From Candidatus Methanosuratincola verstraetei (GTDB lineage Archaea; Thermoproteota; Methanomethylicia; Methanomethylicales; Methanomethylicaceae), in assembly GCA_049570475.1 (NCBI GenBank), contig CP186953.1, positions 256,001 through 320,000 on the forward strand: a DNA stretch of 64,000 bases. The letters are read 5' to 3'. Below the pieces are notes generated by a model. The model was not told the origin of the DNA, ran no database searches, and was given only the letters and a program-made list of their open reading frames with translations. Positions 1 to 10,124 of this stretch are shown here, piece after piece (position 1 is the stretch's first letter; the number at the start of each line of letters is the position of its first letter). A program made the position numbers and the translations under genes.

Positions 1-352
1 CCATGCCACGATGGCCAACCTTGAAGCCGCAAAAGTCTGCAACCACAAGAGGAAGCTGCCGAAGACCTGGGAGGCGTCGCTCAAGAAGAAGGAGGAACGG
101 CTCAGGGCACTGAAGGAGAAGAAGGTCAAGCCGGAAAAGATCAAGGAGCTCCAGCTGAAGATCAAGGCGATGAAGGCGACCAAGGACTACAACCTGAACA
201 CCTCGCTCAAGAACTACATCGACCCAAGGGTCTATGCTGACTGGGGGCAGAGGATAGACTTTGATTGGAAGATGTATTACTCAAAGTCCCTCCAGAGGAG
301 GTTCGCCTGGGTAGAAAAGGAAATTAATGCGGCGGGATTATCTGGACAGTGA
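1..352 (+). CDS. DNA topoisomerase IB, C-terminal part (5' truncated by window edge)
   Basis: CNH motif, coiled-coil linker and TSLKNYIDPRV, matching the type IB active-site Tyr motif (eukaryotic TSKLNYLDPRI). Frame is open to the window start. Confidence 0.9.
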   Translation, partial: HATMANLEAAKVCNHKRKLPKTWEASLKKKEERLRALKEKKVKPEKIKELQLKIKAMKATKDYNLNTSLKNYIDPRVYADWGQRIDFDWKMYYSKSLQRRFAWVEKEINAAGLSGQ

Positions 353-359
353 TGCCAAT

Positions 360-1043
360 ATGGTCTTGGCTGGAAAAGTTTTCATCGTAAAGGAAGAAAT
401 AGACATCCCGACGATCTCCGGGAAGCTAAAGGGCTACCGGACCGAGCAGGAGTTCGAATATGGCGGCGAGAAGATCCCGCTTATCACAGAGATAGTCAAG
501 CTTGGCATGACGCAGGACTCGATCGAAGGGGTCTTATCCCAGGATTATGTGTTCACAGTTCACCACCGGGACGGCGAGAAGGCGGTTACCAAGACCACCG
601 AGTCCCCCTTCGCATTCTACAAATCAGGTGAGAGGATATTCCTCATAGTGCTCGAGAAGAAGAGGGCGGCCAACAACATAGCCAACCTGCTCAGCAAGAT
701 ACTGTTCATCTCTGTGGGAGGGATCGTGGAGAGCAGGATCCAGCCCGAGACCCTGAAGAAGTTCCACGAGCAGAACCCGGAAGACACAAAGGTCATCTTC
801 TTCGACGGGGTGAACATCCCGAACATCGAGAAGCTCTCCCTCTACGGTTCTGGTCTCGCCAACACCATCCTCTACTCAGACTACTCTTCCAGGGGAGGGA
901 TCTGGTACATGGTGTTCAAGTCGAGGAAGTACGGGATAGTTGTAGGGGTTACGAGGAACGGGGTCGTGACCGCATTCAGCGAGGTCGAGCCTGCCGAGTT
1001 CCTTTCCTATATAAAAACTGAGATAATACCGCTCATTTCTTGA
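360..1043 (+). CDS. Hypothetical alpha/beta protein, likely co-transcribed with topo IB
   Basis: Long ORF with host-like codon use. ATG at 360 lies 7 nt after the topo IB stop. Confidence 0.75.
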   Translation: MVLAGKVFIVKEEIDIPTISGKLKGYRTEQEFEYGGEKIPLITEIVKLGMTQDSIEGVLSQDYVFTVHHRDGEKAVTKTTESPFAFYKSGERIFLIVLEKKRAANNIANLLSKILFISVGGIVESRIQPETLKKFHEQNPEDTKVIFFDGVNIPNIEKLSLYGSGLANTILYSDYSSRGGIWYMVFKSRKYGIVVGVTRNGVVTAFSEVEPAEFLSYIKTEIIPLIS

Positions 1044-1437
1044 GCGGCTTCTTTGTTTTTTTGCTGACATCGCCCAGAAGATCGAAGTAATCGCGGACAG
1101 CCCTCCCCCTGAGGCAGAACATCACAGAAACCCTCAGGAATAGGGGCAATATGTAGAGGAGGACGGGGTTCGCGAGGTACATGTATACGTACATGACCAC
1201 GTTTAGCCCGCTGAAGAGCAGGCCGAAGAGCCATGCCCACTTTGCCCCAGACCTGAAGCCTATAATCAGTATGAAGTCGAACAAGGCAAACATGTAGGCT
1301 GCGAAGAAGTCGAAGGTCCCGAACTGCTCGAAAAACGGCGAGAAGAAGGGCAAGATCAGGTCAATGGCGACTAGCGGGACTTGGAGGGCGACCATAAGGA
1401 GTACTAGTCGTGGCATGCTGCGCAATCGAAACACCAA
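1033..1437 (-). CDS. Small multi-pass membrane protein (~4 TM)
   Basis: Four hydrophobic segments and a basic C-terminal tail. Confidence 0.7.
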   Translation of the reverse strand: MVFRLRSMPRLVLLMVALQVPLVAIDLILPFFSPFFEQFGTFDFFAAYMFALFDFILIIGFRSGAKWAWLFGLLFSGLNVVMYVYMYLANPVLLYILPLFLRVSVMFCLRGRAVRDYFDLLGDVSKKTKKPLKK

Positions 1438-1540
1438 GGTTAGAAGGGATTGGTCTTCGTATTTATCCTTTTATCATTGTTCCTAAGGAGATCTGCCCAA
1501 CTTTCAGGGAGGATAAGCGAGTATTGAAAAAAGGGTAATG

Positions 1541-2449
1541 TCAGAGGCTCATCAGAACATAGCGGATATCCGAGAGCGGGTAAGTATCGACCGCGAGCAT
1601 GTATGGTCCGGAGAGGTAGACTGCTGAGGCGTTTCCTATCACGTTTTTGACGACCGCGGAATACTGGGCGCTTGCAAGCTCCCTTGACGGGAAGGAGAAG
1701 ACGTCGTGCTTGACTATAGAGGTTGTGCCAAAGGCTGCGCTCATTACCCATGAGATATTGAACTGGTTGCTGCTAGCCCTGTAATAGGAGACCACAAAGG
1801 CATCGGATCCTCCGGTAGCGAGGAGGTAACCGGTCTTGTACGAGTCGTTATCGAAGAGAAGCTGACTGTTTCCGATTATCGAGTCTATTGCCTGGTATGC
1901 GGCCGTATCGCCCTCGCTGTAAAGCAAGGAGTTGTTGTAAATGCACAGCCAAGCGTCAGAAGTTGCCGAGCCGTTGCTCGCGGGGATCTTGTAGACAGGT
2001 ATGCCATGAGAGTATGACGGCGTGATGTTGCTACTCTGCAATGCTCCAAAGACCCGTTCCCTGGCAGACGCCCCGATCCCGAGGATTGAGACTCCAGCAT
2101 AGTTAGAGTAAATTAGGTCTACTCCGAAGGTTATCTCAGAAAGGTTGACTTGTATCGCAGGATCGGATATCGAAAGCACTGTTGAGGAGAGTAGATCCGG
2201 GAAGGCCGAGAGTTTTGTGATGTTGAGGAACCTGAACTCATAAGCGTCAGCAGGGATGTAGGACATCCAATCCTGAGACTTGAAGTTTTGGGGCGATGGC
2301 AGAGGGGTCGTCTTTGGTCCTCCTGTGAGGAATATGCCAATGGTGGAAACAACCAATGCTGCAATTATAAGTATCCCGATAACCTTTGCCTTGTTGGATG
2401 GCTGATCCTTCTTTTTCCGTCTTGGTTTCTCTTTTGTCATCGGTATCAC
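1541..2449 (-). CDS. N-terminally anchored extracellular (glyco)protein, function unknown
   Basis: Basic N-terminus plus one TM helix, Ser/Thr-rich body, several N-x-S/T sequons. Confidence 0.75.
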   Translation of the reverse strand: MIPMTKEKPRRKKKDQPSNKAKVIGILIIAALVVSTIGIFLTGGPKTTPLPSPQNFKSQDWMSYIPADAYEFRFLNITKLSAFPDLLSSTVLSISDPAIQVNLSEITFGVDLIYSNYAGVSILGIGASARERVFGALQSSNITPSYSHGIPVYKIPASNGSATSDAWLCIYNNSLLYSEGDTAAYQAIDSIIGNSQLLFDNDSYKTGYLLATGGSDAFVVSYYRASSNQFNISWVMSAAFGTTSIVKHDVFSFPSRELASAQYSAVVKNVIGNASAVYLSGPYMLAVDTYPLSDIRYVLMSL

Positions 2450-2506
2450 TAATCACGGAAAAGATTTAGGAGTGGGCTTATATAGGCTCTCCTGAAGGTT
2501 TGGAAT

Positions 2507-2848
2507 TTGAGGATCCTACTCGCAGACTTCATAATCCTCAATATTATTTCCTTGGTAATCGCTGCCATAGGTACCTTGTTGGGCCGGGAACTTTTCAACA
2601 CATTCATCCTTTTGACGTTCCTTTTGAGCGGCCTTGTGCTGATTTTTGGCGGCTATCTAGGATTCTTTGTCTCGAGCATAAGCTATAGCAAGCTGCTTGC
2701 CTACCTGAGGCTGAGGAGGGGGGTGAAGGAGGAAGAGCAGAAAAAAGAGGTCAAAGAGAAGCCTGAGAAGAGGGGGCTAAGGACGGTGGTCCTTGGGATC
2801 CTTCTGCTTGTGGAGAGCCTCTTATTGACTTTATTGATGATTTACTAA
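2507..2848 (+). CDS. Small membrane protein (3 TM)
   Basis: Hydrophobic segments; TATA-like TTATATA at ~2478. Confidence 0.65.
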   Translation: MRILLADFIILNIISLVIAAIGTLLGRELFNTFILLTFLLSGLVLIFGGYLGFFVSSISYSKLLAYLRLRRGVKEEEQKKEVKEKPEKRGLRTVVLGILLLVESLLLTLLMIY

Positions 2849-2960
2849 CGCCCCGCAATCCTCAAGGTGCGAGCTTTGCGATTCAGATTAAATGGCTTTG
2901 GATCAAAATCGACAGTCAGAAAAATCAGGAATTTACAAGGGAAAAAAGAAAAAAAGAGGT

Positions 2961-5360
2961 TTATTTTTTCCTCATTCCGAGAGCGATTGCAACTATCAAT
3001 GCTATTATTGCGAGCCCTATTCCGGCATAGGCCATGTTCATGGCATTTGCCAACTGCGCAGTCAGATCGTTGACTTTAGTGTTGAGGGCATTCACCTGGT
3101 TGGCGTAGGACGAGATTGCATTGTCAATGGAGATCACGGTCACGCTCTTGGCTGGGGTCGTCTGAGGATCAATGACCTTGCTGATGCTTCCGTACGGGTA
3201 GCTCGGACCCGAAGCTGCTGAAGCGGCAGCCGTCTTGGCTCCCACTCCGGTCAGCTGGACCTTGAAGTAGTAGGTTCCTGTCTGAGTCGGCGTGTAGCTC
3301 ATCTTGTAGTAGCCACCGGTGTTGACCACGGTTTGGGCTACCGGCGTCCAGGTCGAATTGTCGGTGCTCATGAGCAGGAGCGCAACTATCCCTTCCTGCT
3401 CCAGAGCGATCACAGGATCGATGTCGAATGTCCCTTCAAATGTGATCGGCTGCCCGAGGAGGTAGCTCGAAAGCACAGTAGGACCTGAGGGGGTCACCCC
3501 GACCGAATAACCTGCCATTGCAAGCAGCTCTTTTGCCTTAGTGGGGCTGTACTCCCTCGCGACAATGCTCGAGTTGTAGTACGGGCTGACAGGGTTCACG
3601 TGCACCGCAGCCGGCTCACCGAAACCTCCAAGGAGGTTGTCAATGATCAGCTCCCTCGGTATCAGGTAGTCCATAGCCTGGCGGACGTACCTGGCTGCCT
3701 CCGCTGCCCTTGCGGGGTTCGACTTGCCGAGAGGTGTGTCGACGCCTGTGCCGAAGACTGGGTGGCGCATGTTGTACCCTAGTTGCTGTATCCCAGATCC
3801 CCTCAGCTCGTAGTTATTCGCGAAGTTCAGGTTTCCTGCCTTGTAGTCATTGCCGAGCTGGTAGTTCTGGTCGAGTATGTGGACCTGCCCGTTCTTGAGG
3901 GCGGCTATCGCGCTGTCCTTCTCTACGATGTACCTCACGTAGAACTTCTGGACGGTGAAGTAGCCCTCAGACTCGAGACGCGCCTTGTCCCAGTAGTTGT
4001 TGTTCTTCTCAAGGGTGACTATGGCTGAAACTGGATCATAGCTCTTGAAGACGTAGGGACCTGTGCCGATCGGCCCAGAGAAGGTCTTGCCGTTAGATTC
4101 GTAAGTGCCAACGCCGCTGTTGAACGGATGGGTCTTCCAGTCCTCGAATGGAACGTTTCCCAGCACGTGCTTCGGCAGGATAGCAACTCCGTCACCCTCG
4201 GGGTGGAAGGTTGCGACAGGCTTGCCGAGGCCTCCGAACTCAGCGATCTGGATCCTAACGGTGTTTGCGTCGAGGGCCTCTATCCTCGCAGGCCTCGTGC
4301 CGCTGACATTGGCTGGCGCCGGGTAGTAAGCGACAGGCTCGTCGCCGCTAAGGTCAAGGACTAGCCTCGAGGTATTTCCGTCAGAATAGACAAAGGTTAT
4401 GTCATCGCCGATGTAGCCAGCCTCATAACCAGACTGCTGGGATCCGGACTGCGGGTTGAGGTAGGCTAGGAACGAGAAGACGACGTCATCAGCAGTCATC
4501 TTTATTCCGTCATGGAAGTAGACGTCGTCCCTCAGGTGGTATGTGAAAGTGCTCCCATCGTCGGAAACCTCAAAGGATGTGCATATGCCAGGGATGTATT
4601 CGTAGTTGGAGGTCAGGGTGAAGAGCGAGTCGAAGATGGAGTTGAAGACCAAAGTATCGTACCAGGAGTTCGAGAGGGGCGGGTTTAAGTCCAGTAGCTC
4701 ACCTGTCGTTGCAAGGACAACCTCATCGAGACCGGTCAGATACTGGGGTACAGGACCGAGGTTGTCGAAGATCCATTCGTACCCGTTGAAGTTAATGTCC
4801 TTCGAGGCTGTGAAGATCGCGGTCGAGAAGAAGATTTGCGAGGCAGGAACGTCAATGTACTGGACATACTGCCAGTCCTTGAATGCCTTTATCCCCTCAG
4901 CGGTGTAGCCTTCAGTCATGAACTTCTCTATCAGAGCATCAGACTCGCGGTTCTGCCATAGGAAGTAGTTGGAGTTGGGCGGCGTGTTTTGGCCATAGTA
5001 GATCTGGAACGAGCCTGAGAATGGTGCCACCGGGGAGCCAGGAGTCCATCCGATGAAGAGGGCGTCGAAGCCTCCCTGGTCGTATGTCTTGCCTATTTTC
5101 GATGGTTCAGGGGTAAGGATTCTGTCATACACAGAGCCCCAACCCAAGAATACGACTCTTGCGTCGATTCCCACCGACTTGAACGAGTTTGCGATGATCA
5201 AAGCCCACTGTCTCCTGAGCAGGTTCGCGCTTCCTGGAGCCACCATTGTGATCTTGAAGATGCCGTCAGGCGTGGCTTCTACTGTAGGCACTGGAGCGAT
5301 TGCTAGCATCGAGCCGAGCAATATAAATAGCATTGCAGCTGCAAAAATTTTGGACTTCAT
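2961..5360 (-). CDS. ABC transporter substrate-binding protein, family 5 (peptide/nickel), with C-terminal beta domain, coiled coil and TM anchor
   Basis: Signal peptide, FHDG..MTADDVVFS and PIGTGPY motifs; last gene of the opp/dpp cluster. Confidence 0.9.
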   Translation of the reverse strand: MKSKIFAAAMLFILLGSMLAIAPVPTVEATPDGIFKITMVAPGSANLLRRQWALIIANSFKSVGIDARVVFLGWGSVYDRILTPEPSKIGKTYDQGGFDALFIGWTPGSPVAPFSGSFQIYYGQNTPPNSNYFLWQNRESDALIEKFMTEGYTAEGIKAFKDWQYVQYIDVPASQIFFSTAIFTASKDINFNGYEWIFDNLGPVPQYLTGLDEVVLATTGELLDLNPPLSNSWYDTLVFNSIFDSLFTLTSNYEYIPGICTSFEVSDDGSTFTYHLRDDVYFHDGIKMTADDVVFSFLAYLNPQSGSQQSGYEAGYIGDDITFVYSDGNTSRLVLDLSGDEPVAYYPAPANVSGTRPARIEALDANTVRIQIAEFGGLGKPVATFHPEGDGVAILPKHVLGNVPFEDWKTHPFNSGVGTYESNGKTFSGPIGTGPYVFKSYDPVSAIVTLEKNNNYWDKARLESEGYFTVQKFYVRYIVEKDSAIAALKNGQVHILDQNYQLGNDYKAGNLNFANNYELRGSGIQQLGYNMRHPVFGTGVDTPLGKSNPARAAEAARYVRQAMDYLIPRELIIDNLLGGFGEPAAVHVNPVSPYYNSSIVAREYSPTKAKELLAMAGYSVGVTPSGPTVLSSYLLGQPITFEGTFDIDPVIALEQEGIVALLLMSTDNSTWTPVAQTVVNTGGYYKMSYTPTQTGTYYFKVQLTGVGAKTAAASAASGPSYPYGSISKVIDPQTTPAKSVTVISIDNAISSYANQVNALNTKVNDLTAQLANAMNMAYAGIGLAIIALIVAIALGMRKK

Positions 5361-5480
5361 TTTATATCACCAATCTACACACTCTGGTGTAGTTGATCAA
5401 TTATAGAGGAAGAAGCTATTTAAAAACTACCATAAAAACTACAAAAAGCTTGGAAAAAAGCGAAAGAAACATCCTACAAA

Positions 5481-6488
5481 TTACATAAAGTTCATGGCAT
5501 AATGGCAAGCCACGAAATGATCTTTGTCTATTTCCTCTAGCCTCGGCTTCTCACGTTTGCACTTGTCGGTTGCGTACTGGCAGCGCGGGTGGAACCTGCA
5601 GCCGGATGGGGGGTTGATAGGGCTGGGAACCTCCCCTGGGAGGAGGATCACGTCCATTTTCCTGGATGGATCGGGAATCGGTACTGCAGAGATCAATGCA
5701 CGAGTATATGGGTGGATTGGATGCTCAAAGTGCTTCTCCGTGGGCGCAGACTCGACAATCTCGCCGAGGTACATAACGACCACGCGGTGGGATATCTGAC
5801 GGACAGAGCTCAGGTCATGGGAGATGTAGAGGTACGATATCCCCAAGTCCTTCTGCAGGTCCATCATGAGGTTAAGTATCTGCGCCCTGATCGAGACGTC
5901 CAATGACGAAACAGGTTCGTCTGCCACAATAAACTTAGGCCCGACCGCGATTGCCCTGGCGATGCAGATCCTCTGCCTCTGACCCCCGCTGAATTCGTGG
6001 GGATATCTCTCGGCATGGTATGGCTCTAGACCGACCATAGAGAGCAGCTTGTAGACCCTGTCCTCCCATTCCTCTTTCGGTATGTGGCGGTGTATCTTAA
6101 ATGGCTCGCTGATTATGTCGTATATCGTCATTCTAGGATCGAGCGAGGCATAGGGGTTCTGGAACACCATCTGCATCGATCTTCTGAGGCGAGACTTTTC
6201 TTCATTGCTCCCCTTTTCGAATGTCTTAAGCACATCAATACCCTCAAATTTGACCTCTCCCGAGGTGGGTTTCTCAAGGTTCAGGATTAGCTTGCCAGTG
6301 GTCGTCTTTCCGCAACCGCTCTCTCCAACTAGCCCGACGGTCTCACCCTTGCGAACCTCGAAGCTTATGTGGTCTACCGCGTGCACGTTGCCAACTACTT
6401 TCTTCATAAATATCCCGCGGGAGTAAACAGGGAAGTACTTAACAAGATCCTTGACTTCTAGCAGTGTCTCCATTGTGCTAGCCTCCAT
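5481..6488 (-). CDS. oppF: Oligopeptide/dipeptide ABC ATPase
   Basis: GESGCGKT, FSGGQRQR, DEP, C-terminal GCRFHPRC domain. Confidence 0.92.
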   Translation of the reverse strand: MEASTMETLLEVKDLVKYFPVYSRGIFMKKVVGNVHAVDHISFEVRKGETVGLVGESGCGKTTTGKLILNLEKPTSGEVKFEGIDVLKTFEKGSNEEKSRLRRSMQMVFQNPYASLDPRMTIYDIISEPFKIHRHIPKEEWEDRVYKLLSMVGLEPYHAERYPHEFSGGQRQRICIARAIAVGPKFIVADEPVSSLDVSIRAQILNLMMDLQKDLGISYLYISHDLSSVRQISHRVVVMYLGEIVESAPTEKHFEHPIHPYTRALISAVPIPDPSRKMDVILLPGEVPSPINPPSGCRFHPRCQYATDKCKREKPRLEEIDKDHFVACHYAMNFM

Positions 6489-7452
6489 TAAGCTCGCGCC
6501 AGCGGTGGCACGAGATCATATGGCCGTCCCCAACGTCGATAAGCGGCGGGATCTCATCCTTGCACCGGTCAATTGCGTACTGGCAGCGCGGGTGGAACCT
6601 GCAGCCGGATGGGGGGTTGATCAGGTTCGGTATGTTCCCAGGGATGGAAACCAGCTTCCTAGTCTGGTCTAGCCTCGGCACGGCCTTGAGCAGCGCCTCG
6701 GTGTAGGGGTGCGGCATCTGGAAGATCTGCTCGATGCTTCCGATCTCCATTACATTGCCTGCATAAAGAACTACGACGCACTTGCACATCTGCGTAACAA
6801 TTCCCATGTCATGGGTGATCATCACGAGAGTGAGACCGATATTCTTTTGGAGCTCCATAAGCAGGTTGATTATCTGCGCCTGTATCGTGACGTCTAGATT
6901 AGTAGTCGGCTCATCCGCAAACAGCAGTTCGGGGTTGAGAAGCAGTGCCCTGGCGATGCAGATCCTCTGCTTCATCCCTCCGCTGAACTGGTGCGGGTAG
7001 CGATTCAAGGCTTCTTCAGGATCAGGGAGGCGGACCAGGCTGAGGGCCTTGATCACTTCCTCGGCAGCGTCGCTCTTTTTAACTCCCTTGTGCTGACTCA
7101 CTATTTCGGTTAGTTGTGAACCTATCGTGAACACAGGATTCAAGGAGCTTGTTGGATCTTGGAATATAAGGCTAATTTTTTTCCCGCGGTAAGATCGCAT
7201 CTCATCCTCTTTCTTTGAGAGGATGTCCTCGCCGTTGAAAAATATCTTTCCTCCGATGATCTTGCCAGGTCTCGGGACTATCCGCAAGACTGACTGGGCG
7301 GTCACTGATTTGCCGCTACCGCTCTCGCCCACTAGCCCGACCGTGCACCCCTTTTCTACATTGAAAGTGATGCCGTCGACTGCCTTGACCACACCTGCTT
7401 CTGTGAAAAAGTACGTCTTTAGGTCATTCACCTGCAAAAGATCCATAATCAC
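6478..7452 (-). CDS. oppD: Oligopeptide/dipeptide ABC ATPase
   Basis: GESGSGKS, FSGGMKQR, DEPTT, GCRFHPRC. Confidence 0.92.
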   Translation of the reverse strand: MIMDLLQVNDLKTYFFTEAGVVKAVDGITFNVEKGCTVGLVGESGSGKSVTAQSVLRIVPRPGKIIGGKIFFNGEDILSKKEDEMRSYRGKKISLIFQDPTSSLNPVFTIGSQLTEIVSQHKGVKKSDAAEEVIKALSLVRLPDPEEALNRYPHQFSGGMKQRICIARALLLNPELLFADEPTTNLDVTIQAQIINLLMELQKNIGLTLVMITHDMGIVTQMCKCVVVLYAGNVMEIGSIEQIFQMPHPYTEALLKAVPRLDQTRKLVSIPGNIPNLINPPSGCRFHPRCQYAIDRCKDEIPPLIDVGDGHMISCHRWRELNGG

Positions 7453-8420
7453 TCCCTCAGCCTCGGGTTCAATGCGTCAGATATTCCGTCGCCCATCAGG
7501 TTGAATGCAAGCACGGTGAAAAAGACCGCAAGCCCTGGGAAGACTTCGGCCCACCAAGTTGTGCTCATATTTTGGAAGCTCTCCTCCATCATCCTCCCCC
7601 AAGTGATTGTGCTTGGATCCCCGAATCCCAAGAAGGACACTACAGCCTCGACCAATACCGCAGAAGCCATCGTGAGCGTGGCGATCACAATAACCTGGGG
7701 CAATATGTTGGGGAAGATGTGCCGGAGCATTATCCACCTTGAATTTGCACCCAAGCTCTTCGCGGCCTGGATAAACTCTTTTTCCTTTAGGGCCAGCACT
7801 TCACCCCTGATGACCCTTGCATTTCCTGCCCATGCAAATACTGCCACAATCACCACGATCATCGTCAGGTTTACTGGTATAGATATCCCCAAAACATTCC
7901 AGAATGGCTCAGGGTTTATCAGTTGGTAAATCCTGGCAAAGACAAGTATAAGCAGCAGTGACGGGAAAACAAGGAACACCTCAGTTATGCGCATCAGCAA
8001 ATCATCGATTTTACCCCCCAAGTACCCGGACGATATTCCGACCACCACGGTGATCAACATGGCTATCAGCGTGGTCCCTATTGCAACATACAAGGTGTAG
8101 ACTGTCCCGTGAACCACTTCGCTAAACACGTCGTTCCCTATTATGGTTGTGCCAAATGGATGCTTCCACGAAGGGGGCTGCCCAGCCTCCCCCTCATAAA
8201 GGGGTAGGAAAGCATTAGGGTCCGGCCTTGCAGGATAGGGAGCGATGAAAGAGTGGAATATTGCTACCAGTATAAGGGCGACAACCATTCCAAGCCCCAA
8301 TAGACCCGATTTGTGCTTCTTGAACCTGCGCCAGGCGACAGCCCACTGGCTAGCCGAGCGCCTTTCTTGGCCTTTGCGACTGCCCCTTTTCCTGAGAGCT
8401 AGACTCACCATATCGTTCAC
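7449..8420 (-). CDS. oppC: Oligopeptide ABC permease
   Basis: HPFGT motif, EAA loop (FIQAAKSLGA), TM pattern. Confidence 0.9.
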   Translation of the reverse strand: MNDMVSLALRKRGSRKGQERRSASQWAVAWRRFKKHKSGLLGLGMVVALILVAIFHSFIAPYPARPDPNAFLPLYEGEAGQPPSWKHPFGTTIIGNDVFSEVVHGTVYTLYVAIGTTLIAMLITVVVGISSGYLGGKIDDLLMRITEVFLVFPSLLLILVFARIYQLINPEPFWNVLGISIPVNLTMIVVIVAVFAWAGNARVIRGEVLALKEKEFIQAAKSLGANSRWIMLRHIFPNILPQVIVIATLTMASAVLVEAVVSFLGFGDPSTITWGRMMEESFQNMSTTWWAEVFPGLAVFFTVLAFNLMGDGISDALNPRLRE

Positions 8421-9410
8421 CTAATCTATCGATATCCGCGGATCTATCGCGGCGTATGAAATGTCAGTTATCAGGTTAGCCACAAGGATCATTATCGTGA
8501 TGATCATAGTGATCCCCATGATCAGGGGGAAGTCAAGCCTCGAGGCTGCCGTAACGTAGGCACGACCGAGCCCCGGCCAGCTGAATACCGTTTCAGTGGC
8601 AGGGGCGCCAGCGATGGCAAAGCCGATGGACATGCCCAGCAGGGTTATCAAAGGCATTATTGCATTCTTCAGTGCGTACTTTAGGAGGATCTTCCGCTCG
8701 GGTATGCCGCTCGCCCTTGCTGCCATTATGTAGTCCTGCCTAAGCACCTCGAGCATCCCTGCCCTGAGAAGCCGTGTGTTGTAAGCAAGACCAGCCAAGG
8801 TCAAAACAGTGGCGGGCATCGCAAGATGTGCCAGCTCGTCCAGAAATGGATTCTGGATCCCGAATACAGGCCAGAGCTGCGGTGCGCCGTGAGCGCCTGC
8901 AGAAGGCAACCAACCAAGTTGGTACGAGAACACCAGGATGAATATGATGCCCAGGAAGAAGACCGGGAATGACACGCCTGCAATCGATATGCCTGAGAAA
9001 ATGTAATCGAACCAGGATCTCTGCTTGACTGCAGAGTAAACCCCAATCGGTATAGAGATTGCGAATGCAAGCAGTATCGAGACAAGCTGGAGCTTCAGAG
9101 TCTCCCAGAAGTAGATAGATATTATCTCATTCACAGGCTTGCCGCCATAAAGGGACTTCCCGAAGTCGAAATGAAGGAAGTGATCAAGCCAGCGTAAATA
9201 TTGAACAGGTATGGGGTCGTTCAGCCCATAATACTCCCTCAAGAACTGCCTTTGAGCCTCAGTGATGCTGGGGTTCCCAGCTGTCGCTATCTGTATCGGG
9301 TCACCCGCTGCGTACATCACAAGGAAGACAACGATCGATATCCCAAGAATGAGAGGTATCATGTACAGTAGTCGTCTTATGACATACTTTGCAAGACCCA
9401 TACCAATCAC
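8421..9410 (-). CDS. oppB: Oligopeptide ABC permease
   Basis: YGLNDPIPVQY, DFGKSL, ETVFSWPGLG. Confidence 0.9.
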   Translation of the reverse strand: MIGMGLAKYVIRRLLYMIPLILGISIVVFLVMYAAGDPIQIATAGNPSITEAQRQFLREYYGLNDPIPVQYLRWLDHFLHFDFGKSLYGGKPVNEIISIYFWETLKLQLVSILLAFAISIPIGVYSAVKQRSWFDYIFSGISIAGVSFPVFFLGIIFILVFSYQLGWLPSAGAHGAPQLWPVFGIQNPFLDELAHLAMPATVLTLAGLAYNTRLLRAGMLEVLRQDYIMAARASGIPERKILLKYALKNAIMPLITLLGMSIGFAIAGAPATETVFSWPGLGRAYVTAASRLDFPLIMGITMIITIMILVANLITDISYAAIDPRISID

Positions 9411-9429
9411 CGATTGATAATTTCTATTA

Positions 9430-9744
9430 CTATTTAAGGTTATCTTGGGAACTTTCCACTATTTTTGCCTTGAGCTTTTCAATAACATCTCTACCAGCAC
9501 CTCTTATCAAAACGGATTTGCTCCGATCAAACTTGCCCCTGAAAATTACGATCGAAGAAGAGCCGACTCCGAGAGACTTTGAAAGTTGCTTTAAGACAGA
9601 AACATTTGCCCTCCCCTGCTCTGCTTTTTCCTTAGTCTCCACCACCAGAAGATCCCCTTCGATCGAAATCGAATCTTTTTTTGAATTTGGCTTCACCAGG
9701 ATGTCCAGGATTATCCCATCTTTGGTCTCTCTCAAAGTGCCCAC
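9430..9744 (-). CDS. DUF167/UPF0235 family protein
   Basis: VKPNSK...GRAN...G...RSK pattern. Confidence 0.8.
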   Translation of the reverse strand: MGTLRETKDGIILDILVKPNSKKDSISIEGDLLVVETKEKAEQGRANVSVLKQLSKSLGVGSSSIVIFRGKFDRSKSVLIRGAGRDVIEKLKAKIVESSQDNLK

Positions 9745-9849
9745 TAAAGAAGCAATCGTTTTGATTGGTTAAATATTTTCGGCTATTTTCAGGACGAATG
9801 GCGCTCGAAACATTAAAAACCTTTGAGGAGCAAGTATCTCTGTGGTTTT

Positions 9850-10116
9850 ATGGGGAGCTGCAAAGGATGCAAATGGTGGAGGCCGGACTACTTCTTTGAC
9901 AGTCTGGGCGAGTGCGAAAAGAAGACCGGCATACATCCAGAAAACAAGGCTTCCTGCGAGATGTTTGAGGAGAAATCGGAGACTGAATTCTGCTGGTGCA
10001 GGGACTGCAGGGTCACTTTCCATGCCTCGGAGAGGGATCTCCACAGGGGGCACAACTTCTTCTGCAGGACCAGGGTCGACTCGGACTCCCACGAATACAC
10101 GAGCACGGGGGACTGA
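9850..10116 (+). CDS. Small Cys/His-rich putative metal/Fe-S protein (88 aa)
   Basis: CKGC...GEC...SCEMF followed by CWCRDC...H..H; ends 8 nt before the OFOR alpha start. Confidence 0.7.
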   Translation: MGSCKGCKWWRPDYFFDSLGECEKKTGIHPENKASCEMFEEKSETEFCWCRDCRVTFHASERDLHRGHNFFCRTRVDSDSHEYTSTGD

Positions 10117-10124
10117 CAGTCAAC

